Of a DNA stretch of 64,000 nt, positions 49,119 through 56,200 are shown piece by piece (the stretch's first letter is position 1; every line of letters begins with the position of its first letter). Source of the DNA: Anaerolineales bacterium (GTDB lineage Bacteria; Chloroflexota; Anaerolineae; Anaerolineales; E44-bin32); the NCBI GenBank assembly GCA_034430595.1, contig DAOUEL010000019.1, positions 14,040 through 78,039 of the forward strand, written 5' to 3'. The notes under the pieces are model-generated. The model was given only the letters and a program-made list of their open reading frames with translations. It was not told where the DNA came from and made no database searches. The translations under genes were made by a program, and so were the position numbers.

Positions 49119-50516
49119 TCATGCACCATGCTCGGGATTAAAACGCTCCCGAATTCGACGGGCAGTCTCCCGGGCTCGTTCTGGAGCCAGGCCGACATAG
49201 TCCTCGGCGCGCATCAGTTCTCGTATCCGGCCTGGCTGCAGGAATCCGAGGATGAACGTGTCCTGTCCCAGGGCGTCAGTTAATGAGGTTGGCTGACCGT
49301 CCTGGATTTGCTCCCATGCACGCGTGCAGTGCTCCCGCAGCCGTTCGTGCATTTCCCCCCGGTCCGCCCCGGCTTTCACCGCTGCGGTCAGCACGCGTTC
49401 TGTGGCGGCGAAGGGACCAAATGTGACCAAGGGGTCCGGGGCTGGGCTGGGTTCATAGCGGAGCTCACGCAGGATATTTCCGCTGGCTTGCAGCATTTCG
49501 TCGATTGCCAGGAATGCCTCCGGGATAATGATGCGGCGGTTGGCGGAATCGTCAAGCGTGCGTTCGAGGCCTGCCTCGGCCGCGTTGCTCCAGGCAACGG
49601 CTGCTTGAGCGCTAACCAGCCGTGCGAGCGAACAGATTTTTTCAGCCTGCTCCGGATTCCGCTTGAACGGCATCGCGCTCGATCCCACACGCTTGCTGTC
49701 GAGAGGTTCTTGCGCGCCACCGAACCCCGGCGATTGCATCAGCCGCAGGTCGAGGGCAAATTTGTGCAGCGAGGCTGCCATGGCCGCCAGCAGTGTGAGC
49801 AGCGTGTAGTCCTGGACGCGCGGGTAGGTCTGGGTCGAGACGGGGTGAGCTTCGATCCCCAGCGCCTGCATGACACTTGTTTCAAGCATTTCGGGCGTGA
49901 CCTCACTCCCTGCCAGCATCTCGACGAAGGCTGCGGAGGTGCCGACAGCACCCCGAATGCCTTTGCCGCGCAATCGGCCATGCAGGCGGGCCAGCGCGTC
50001 AAAGTGCTCGAGCAGCTCGTTAGCGTAGATGCTCAAGCGGTACCCGAGCGTGGTTGGCTCGGTCGGCTGGAAGTGGTTAAAACCCATCACGGGTTTTTCG
50101 CTGGTCTCGTCGATTCGCTCACCGAAGAGCAGCAGGACCGCGCGCAGCTGCTCTAACAGCATTGATAGACCAGCCTTCTGACGCATGATCTCTGCATTGT
50201 CCTGAATATCGGCTGAAGTCAGCCCCCAGTGCAGGACCGAGCCCCCTGCTGGGCATTGTTCAGCAAAGGTGCGCAGTTCAGCCCTCAGGTCGTGCCCGAT
50301 TTCCGCTTCGATTTCTGCTGCCCGGTCGAGGTCAATATCCTGTGCGTGCAACCGGAGTTCGTCAACCTGTTCAGGCGTGACGAGGCCAGCCGCAGACTGT
50401 GCTTCCGCTACTGCGACCCAAACCCGCCGCCAGGCTCTGCGTTTGGCAAGCTCCGACCAGAGAGCCCGCATCTCTTTTGAACCGTACCTTGTGCTGAAGG
50501 GAGAGGGATAACTCAT
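49119..50516 (-). CDS. purB: Adenylosuccinate lyase
   Basis: Lyase_1 fold with the GSSAMPFKRNP signature. The start is trimmed to MSYPSPFSTRYGSKEM (SD AGGTGA). Confidence 0.9.
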   Translation of the reverse strand: MSYPSPFSTRYGSKEMRALWSELAKRRAWRRVWVAVAEAQSAAGLVTPEQVDELRLHAQDIDLDRAAEIEAEIGHDLRAELRTFAEQCPAGGSVLHWGLTSADIQDNAEIMRQKAGLSMLLEQLRAVLLLFGERIDETSEKPVMGFNHFQPTEPTTLGYRLSIYANELLEHFDALARLHGRLRGKGIRGAVGTSAAFVEMLAGSEVTPEMLETSVMQALGIEAHPVSTQTYPRVQDYTLLTLLAAMAASLHKFALDLRLMQSPGFGGAQEPLDSKRVGSSAMPFKRNPEQAEKICSLARLVSAQAAVAWSNAAEAGLERTLDDSANRRIIIPEAFLAIDEMLQASGNILRELRYEPSPAPDPLVTFGPFAATERVLTAAVKAGADRGEMHERLREHCTRAWEQIQDGQPTSLTDALGQDTFILGFLQPGRIRELMRAEDYVGLAPERARETARRIRERFNPEHGA

Positions 50517-50532
50517 GATCACCTGAACCGCT

Positions 50533-51444
50533 CTACTTAGATTCCTTCCGTAAACGCTCCTGTGCCAGTTCATAATACTCAGGATGAATCTCGTAGCCTA
50601 CATATCTCCGGCCAAGATCCCGGGCTGCCAGGCAGGTTGTACCGGATCCTGTAAAGGGATCGAGCACGACGTCGCCTTTGAAGGTGTAAAGCTGAATCAA
50701 GCGCCGTGGGAGTTCCTCCGGGAACGGCGCCGGATGACCGATCTGGCGTGCTGAGACAGCGGGAAAGGTCCAGACGCTCTTTGTCCACTCGAGGAACTCA
50801 TCACGGGCGATGGTGCTCTCGCGGCCCTCGCCCGGTCGCCTGAATGAACCCTTGCTGAAGACGAGGATATATTCATGGACGTCGCGCAGCACGGGGTTGG
50901 CGGCAGAAAGCCAGGAACCCCAGGCGGTCGAGGCACTGGCGCTGGCAGCCTTGTCCCAGATAATCTCCCCCCGCATCAGGAAGCCCAGGTCCAGCATTTC
51001 CGAGATGACCATCGCGTGCAGCGGCAGGTAGGGTTTACGGCCCAGGTTGGCGATGTTGATGCAGGCCCTGCCGCCGGTCACGAGCACCCGCCTGGTCTCC
51101 GCGAAGACGTCACGCAGCAGGGTGCGGTATTCCTCCAGCGTCAGGTCCTGGTCGTATTCTTTCTGCACGTTGTAGGGGGGTGAGGTCACCATCAGGTGGA
51201 TACAGTCATCCGGCAGATCGCGCATATCGCGCGAAGACTTTAGCAGGATCGTGTTGACCAATTCCGCCGGGAGCGCGGCTTCCACAAAGCGTGCTGTTAC
51301 CTCCGGCCGTCGGTCCTCGTACATTCGACTCGAATAGAAGGCGGAGGCGTCATGGCTGGCACGCCCGGGTGAGCCGAAGCGGCTGGTCTCGGTCGCTTGC
51401 CGCCTTTTGCGGGCCGGCTTGTCCCCACCGTGCTGCTCAGCCAT
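50533..51444 (-). CDS. Beta-class DNA methyltransferase (N4/N6 family, SPPY motif IV), no partner endonuclease
   Basis: HLMVTSPPYN (motif IV) precedes VVLDPFTGSGTT (motif I). The start ATG overlaps the era stop by 8 nt. Confidence 0.85.
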   Translation of the reverse strand: MAEQHGGDKPARKRRQATETSRFGSPGRASHDASAFYSSRMYEDRRPEVTARFVEAALPAELVNTILLKSSRDMRDLPDDCIHLMVTSPPYNVQKEYDQDLTLEEYRTLLRDVFAETRRVLVTGGRACINIANLGRKPYLPLHAMVISEMLDLGFLMRGEIIWDKAASASASTAWGSWLSAANPVLRDVHEYILVFSKGSFRRPGEGRESTIARDEFLEWTKSVWTFPAVSARQIGHPAPFPEELPRRLIQLYTFKGDVVLDPFTGSGTTCLAARDLGRRYVGYEIHPEYYELAQERLRKESK

Positions 51445-52369
51445 CCTGATCCCCGGAGGTCCTGAAACCAAACTGCTTGAGGGCATTTTCGTCATTGCGC
51501 CAGCCCGGCAGCACCTTAACCCGCAGCTGGAGGAAGATCTTGCGGCCAGTGACGGCCTCGATCTCCTTCCGGGCGCGCGTTCCGATCTGCTTCAACATCC
51601 TTCCACCTTTCCCGATGACAATCCCCTTCTGGGAATCGCGCTCGACAAAGATGGTTGCTTCGATGTAAGCCCCTCGCTCGTTGCGTTCTTCGTAGCGGTC
51701 GATGCGAACGGCCAGGCTGTGTGGCACTTCCTGCTGGAGGAAGTGCATGCCGGCTGCACGAATCAAGTCGGCGCTGATGTCGCGCTCATAGGCATCGGTC
51801 ACCTGGTCGGGCGGGTAATACTGCGGACCTTGCGGTAGCGTGGCAACCACGCGCTCGAGAAGCGCAGGGATGTTTTCGCCCGACAAGGCTGAGATCTCGA
51901 ACCAATCTTCGTCGGGAAGCAGAGTCCGGTAGGCTGCTCTCCGTTCAGCGCGCCGGTCCTCGGGGACCAGGTCGAGCTTGTTCAAGACCGCGAGAAGTCC
52001 TGGCCGTGGGTTCAGGGCACGAAGATGTTCGACAAGGCGCAGATCGTCCTTCGAAGGCGGTGTTTCAAAATCGAAGAGCGCCAGGACCAGATCGGCATCG
52101 GATAAGACCTCAAGCGCCTCCAGGTTCATGTGCTCACCCAGCTTGTGCTGCGGTTCGTGGATCCCGGGGGTGTCGACGAAGATGATCTGGGCTTCGGGAA
52201 GCGTCAGTATCCCCAGCTGCCGGCGGCGGGTAGTCTGCGGACGGGGAGATACGGCAGCAACCTGCTGCTTCAGCAGGCGGTTGATGAGCGTAGATTTGCC
52301 AACATTTGGCTGGCCGGCAATCGCCACAAAACCCGAGCGGTGCCCGGGTGGAAGTTCCTGTTCGAGCAT
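51437..52369 (-). CDS. era: GTPase Era
   Basis: GQPNVGKSTL, DTPG, NKLD and a C-terminal KH domain. The start is trimmed to MLEQELPPGHRSGFVAIAG. Confidence 0.9.
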   Translation of the reverse strand: MLEQELPPGHRSGFVAIAGQPNVGKSTLINRLLKQQVAAVSPRPQTTRRRQLGILTLPEAQIIFVDTPGIHEPQHKLGEHMNLEALEVLSDADLVLALFDFETPPSKDDLRLVEHLRALNPRPGLLAVLNKLDLVPEDRRAERRAAYRTLLPDEDWFEISALSGENIPALLERVVATLPQGPQYYPPDQVTDAYERDISADLIRAAGMHFLQQEVPHSLAVRIDRYEERNERGAYIEATIFVERDSQKGIVIGKGGRMLKQIGTRARKEIEAVTGRKIFLQLRVKVLPGWRNDENALKQFGFRTSGDQDG

Positions 52370-52375
52370 GGGCCT

Positions 52376-52404
52376 ATTGTGGGTGGAAGCACGCGCGCTG
52401 TCAA
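52376..52404 (-). promoter_or_regulatory. Sigma70-like promoter placed for a leaderless era transcript
   Basis: The minus strand reads TTGACA, a 17-nt spacer, then CACAAT, then 6 nt before the ATG at 52369. Confidence 0.4.
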
Positions 52405-52661
52405 GCAGGATGCAGGCCGAGCCGCAGTTTGACGGTCCCGGACCGAGCGCATCTGACGAAATCGACCTAGCCGTTGACGGCATACTTCCACGTCAACAGG
52501 GAGAACCAGGTGAACATGACACTCGGGCTGATCCTGCTTAGTAATACAGATCTCGGCCTTGCGGGGGAGGAATCGGTTGTCTGGGAATGGGTGAGATGAA
52601 TAGAATAACAGCCTGGAGCCCCCGGGCAGGGAGATCCACTGGCAGCGCTCGCCTGTGCGCT

Positions 52662-52898
52662 GGTGAGAGGTCCTGATAGCAGCTGCTCGATGAGTTTGTG
52701 ATGTTCTTGATCTTCCAATACCACCTTCATCGAGCATATAATAGGGGACTTAGATGACCCGATTGTTTTAACAGCAATTGCCAACATGCAATTAGGCTCA
52801 GGCGCATTTGGCGTTTTGACCTGTTCGAAATCCTGGTCGATGGTACCATTCTGAAGGATGAGATATCCAGCATAGCGTTCACCCTGCGTAGGGACGTA
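52662..52898 (-). pseudogene. Decayed cytidine-deaminase-like remnant (no start codon, zinc ligands lost, stop read through)
   Basis: The minus frame reads YVPTQGERYAGYLILQNGTI..CMLAIAV..SPIICSMKVVLEDQEHHKLIEQLLSGPL. This parallels B. subtilis Cdd [46 protein letters not shown] (from memory). The position matches cdd-era synteny, and the region is locally AT-rich. Confidence 0.35.
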
Positions 52899-52954
52899 CG
52901 TCGGTCGGTCTTCCTGCGAGGCGAGCGGATGTTGGGAGAGGTGAATGACTATCC

Positions 52955-53575
52955 ATGAGTATTTTCTCGCGGAAGAAAACGAACCGCTTCATTGAGCTGC
53001 TGATAAAACAGGCCGAATACACGGTTGATGGAATGCAGCAGCTGATGAATTACGTACGCGAGCCCAAGGAATCGATTGCGCAGGGGGTTACGCAGGTCGA
53101 GAACCAGGCCGATGAGGTGCGCCGCATCCTGATCGACGAATTAAATCAGACCTTCGTCACCCCGATTGATCGGGAAGACATCTTCTCACTCTCGCTGGCG
53201 ATCGACGACGTGCTTGACTACGCCGATACGACGGTGGAAGAGATGCACATGCTCGAGATCCAGCCGAATGAATACATCGTGCGCATGGTTTCGCTCCTGA
53301 CGGATGCTGCGCGTGAAATTCACATGGGCGTTATGCGGCTCGAAGACCATCCCAGTGTCGCCAACGATCATGCAGTGCGGGCGAAGGCGCTCGAGAACCG
53401 GATGGAGACGGTCTACCGTGAAGCGATCGCGAACCTGTTCTCACTGCCGCGCGATATCGATCATGTAGTTCAGATGCTCAAGCTACGTGAGATCTACCGC
53501 CACCTGTCGAATGCCGCCGACCGCGGCGACCAGGCTGCGAATGTCCTGGGAGACATCGTCGTCAAGAAGATGTAG
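52955..53575 (+). CDS. DUF47 / PhoU-like (YkaA-type) protein
   Basis: Helical protein of 206 aa with ENQADEVRR..TPIDREDI..D..D pattern. GGGAGAGG SD. Confidence 0.75.
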   Translation: MSIFSRKKTNRFIELLIKQAEYTVDGMQQLMNYVREPKESIAQGVTQVENQADEVRRILIDELNQTFVTPIDREDIFSLSLAIDDVLDYADTTVEEMHMLEIQPNEYIVRMVSLLTDAAREIHMGVMRLEDHPSVANDHAVRAKALENRMETVYREAIANLFSLPRDIDHVVQMLKLREIYRHLSNAADRGDQAANVLGDIVVKKM

Positions 53576-53629
53576 CTGGCTTAAGAACAAGGGAAGATCC
53601 CGGGCTGCAATTAAGGGGCCCGTTTTCGT

Positions 53630-53920
53630 ATGCTGCCAGGTCAGCAGGTCAATAGGAAACCGTTGGGGGGCGGCGCCGTGCCCCTATCGATTGGTCAATC
53701 CATAACCAGGCAGGGGGATATATCGTGCCCCTAGACAACCTGGATCTAAATTTACGTGTGGGGGGTGGGGTTTCCCCTCCCGGGACAGGCCAGGTGGGAT
53801 TGTGGATGGAATCCCGAGGCCTGAAGGAGCGTATGGCCTGCGCCGGGTTGATCAGTAAATCAAAGGGGGGGCAGCGCCGTACGCTGCAAACACGCAATTT
53901 GGTCGTTCCCCAATTGGGAT
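53630..53920. other. Highly structured G-run hairpin cluster in a convergent intergenic region (candidate ncRNA or REP-like repeats)
   Basis: Hairpins are at 53667-53684 (GGGGC/GCCCC), 53706-53743 (CCAGG..CCTGG enclosing GGGG/CCCC) and 53763-53781 (GGGTGGGG-ttt-CCCCTCCC). Further hairpins are at 53786-53823 (CAGGCC/GGCCTG enclosing GGGATT/AATCCC) and 53871-53887 (GCAGCG/CGCTGC), with a palindrome at 53909-53918. Confidence 0.3.
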
Positions 53921-54886
53921 TTACTCTGCTACCTGATCTGCCAGCCGGCCGAGCTTGTTGCCCACCTCACGCCACTGGATCTTGGAAATGCCCAGTTTCT
54001 GTCGGATTGTATCTTTATCTTCACCCTCGAGCGTGTCCTGCAGTGCGCTTGTCCAGCGGCACATATCAAACGAGAGATGCTTCTCGATGCCGGCAGTTTC
54101 ACCGACCTCTTCCAGCAGGTATTCAAGCCGGCGCGGTGACCAAGGGAAGAGCCGGTCTTCGGGTTTGTACTGCTGGACGTACTCCCGATAGGCTGCGACC
54201 CACTCACCACTCAAGGGGATCTTCCGTTCCTTGTAGCGTTTGCTGACCCGGCCGTAGCGTATATAGAGTATCGGCCCCTCGGACGATTCAAGATCGATAT
54301 TGTTCAGGTGGATGTTGAGACATTCACCTTTTTTAATTCCGGTCTCAAGCAGGAGCGTGAGCAGGGTGTAGGGTCGAGCATCCGGTGGGTCTGCCTCGCG
54401 CATCGCCTGAGCAGCTTCGACCGCCAGGGACATCTCCTCCTGGGTCAAGACCTCGGGTAGTGGGCTGATGACCGACTGCTGGGGAATGGCATCGGCGGGA
54501 TCTTTACTCAGGACACCCGCTTCAACCAGCCAGCGGTAAAAGGATTTGAGCGAGGTGATGCGGCGAGCGTAGGTTTTCGGACTGCAGGGTACGCCGCGGT
54601 GGTTGAGCATCCAGTCCAGAAAATTCTTCAGATCGCTGGTGCTGATTTGCTGAAGTGGTTGGCCTCCGCCGAGGAATTTCGCAACCAGGCGCAAATCGCC
54701 GGTAAAGGCTTTGACGGTATGGATGGAGCGGCCCTGTTCTTCGAGTGCCTCGCCCCAGCTGTTGATCGCTGCGCTCAGGCTGGACGTAGCATTGAGCGTG
54801 CTCTGGGAACTGCGTTCAAACTCGGCCCGCGGCCCACCACGTGAGAAGAGGGGCAGGTCTTCATATGTGTCATCCATTGTGACCAC
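53921..54886 (-). CDS. Tyrosine-recombinase (XerC/D)-like protein lacking the catalytic tyrosine
   Basis: SAM-like core-binding domain (HTVKAF..SPKTYARRITSLKSFYRWL) and a catalytic-fold region with TGIKKGE (R to K) and FDMCRWTSA (H to D). There is no Tyr in the last 52 aa. Confidence 0.75.
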   Translation of the reverse strand: MVTMDDTYEDLPLFSRGGPRAEFERSSQSTLNATSSLSAAINSWGEALEEQGRSIHTVKAFTGDLRLVAKFLGGGQPLQQISTSDLKNFLDWMLNHRGVPCSPKTYARRITSLKSFYRWLVEAGVLSKDPADAIPQQSVISPLPEVLTQEEMSLAVEAAQAMREADPPDARPYTLLTLLLETGIKKGECLNIHLNNIDLESSEGPILYIRYGRVSKRYKERKIPLSGEWVAAYREYVQQYKPEDRLFPWSPRRLEYLLEEVGETAGIEKHLSFDMCRWTSALQDTLEGEDKDTIRQKLGISKIQWREVGNKLGRLADQVAE

Positions 54887-54974
54887 CTCGCGGCACTTCT
54901 TCGCATAGCCAAATATGCCGCGACAATCCTAGCCCTCGAAGGCCTGCTTGTCAACTCGTGCTGGAGTTCAGGGG

Positions 54975-56081
54975 TTACTTAGGAAATGCCTCGTTGAGCA
55001 TGGCGTCAATTAAATCCCAGCGCGGAAGAACAACCGAGGCACCACTGTAGGGCACCCGCCATAATTCCCCCATATCGGCTGTGATGGCGAGGCGTTGAAT
55101 TCGCCCGGAGTCGGCGGCGAGCTTCGTCCCGAGCGGGACCAGTGGTAGGATGTCGTTCAGGGACATGTCAGTTTCGATCATGCCCTTGAACTGATCGTAG
55201 AGTTCAGGCACTTTCGCAAGGCCATCGAGCGTCAGCATGCGCTGGAACACAGCAAGGACGACCTCCTGCTGGCGGCGCAGGCGATCGAAATCACCGGAGT
55301 TCTTGCGCATTCGTACGTAGCAAAGCGCAGTAAAGCCGTCCATGTGGTATGTGCCCGGCCCGTAATTCCAGTGGATACCGCCACACTCGTCATACAGCGG
55401 ACCACCAACGGCGACGTCGACACCGCCGAGCGAATCGATGATGTTGGTGAAATCCCAGAAATAGAGCAGCATCCAGTGATCGACGTCCAATCCAAAGTTA
55501 TACCGGATCGTCTGCGCCACAGCTTCCGGACCACCGACGGCGTCAGCGACGTTAATGCGGTCAACACGCCAACCAGGGATGAAAACATACAGATCACGCG
55601 GAAACGAGAGCAGTTTCGCGGTTCCCGCCTTCGGATCGAGAGAGACCAGCATCATTACATCGGTATTGTTGCCATAGCTGTAGGGTCTTTGGTCTGAGCC
55701 CATGATGATGATGTTGACGGTTTCCTTTGAAACTGGCAGCTCAGCTACCGGACGGCGGATTTCGATCGCCGAGGGCTCGACCGGCGCTGGGTAATCACCC
55801 CACGGGTTGATCGGCGTTGGCGAGGCGATTGGCGTAGCCGTTCCGGGCGGTGGTGGAGGAGGGGTTTCAGTCGGCGGAACGGGTGCGAAAGCTGTTGGCG
55901 TAGCTGTCGCATCCGGATTGGCGGTCGCCAACGGAACCGAGGCTGCCGGGGCCCCAGCAAGCACGCTCCCGAGCGTGGTGCATGAGCCGGCGATAAACAC
56001 CATCAGGACCAGCATGCCGATTGAAATTGCTGGCCAGGGGCTATTGGTCCATTCTGTGCTGGATTTCTTCATCCCTCTCAA
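54975..56081 (-). CDS. LytR-CpsA-Psr (LCP) family cell-envelope phosphotransferase
   Basis: N-terminal TM and P/T linker, with NIIIMGSDQR..NTDVMMLVSLDP..LLSFPRDLYV LCP motifs. Confidence 0.85.
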   Translation of the reverse strand: MRGMKKSSTEWTNSPWPAISIGMLVLMVFIAGSCTTLGSVLAGAPAASVPLATANPDATATPTAFAPVPPTETPPPPPPGTATPIASPTPINPWGDYPAPVEPSAIEIRRPVAELPVSKETVNIIIMGSDQRPYSYGNNTDVMMLVSLDPKAGTAKLLSFPRDLYVFIPGWRVDRINVADAVGGPEAVAQTIRYNFGLDVDHWMLLYFWDFTNIIDSLGGVDVAVGGPLYDECGGIHWNYGPGTYHMDGFTALCYVRMRKNSGDFDRLRRQQEVVLAVFQRMLTLDGLAKVPELYDQFKGMIETDMSLNDILPLVPLGTKLAADSGRIQRLAITADMGELWRVPYSGASVVLPRWDLIDAMLNEAFPK

Positions 56082-56200
56082 GACGCCTCAATTAACCGAA
56101 AAGTTCCTCAAATTACGCTGCCTGGCAGAGTGAATCGTGATTCTAACAGACAGACTGCAAGACGCGTGCCACCTGACGTTGCCTTCATGAATATGGGGGT

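Noticed and set aside
50533-52369. A restriction-modification or defence system around the DNA methyltransferase.
   Set aside because: The flanking genes are era and purB, with overlapping or 16-nt spacing. No nuclease, helicase, specificity subunit or other defence-type ORF exists on either strand.
53620-53670. Resemblance of GCTGCCAGGTCAGCAGGTCAATAGGAAACCG to the conserved CCAGGUCAGGUCCGGAAGGAAGCAGCC core of SRP (4.5S) RNA.
   Set aside because: The GGAA tetraloop context and the GGAAGCAGC 3' strand of helix 8 are absent. The segment folds as a simple TGCTG/CAGCA hairpin instead.
53576-54886. An integrated mobile element (integrase plus att site).
   Set aside because: The integrase-like protein lacks the catalytic Tyr. 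There are no direct repeats, cargo genes or adjacent tRNA (the only tRNA is 51 kb away), and GC content matches the surroundings.
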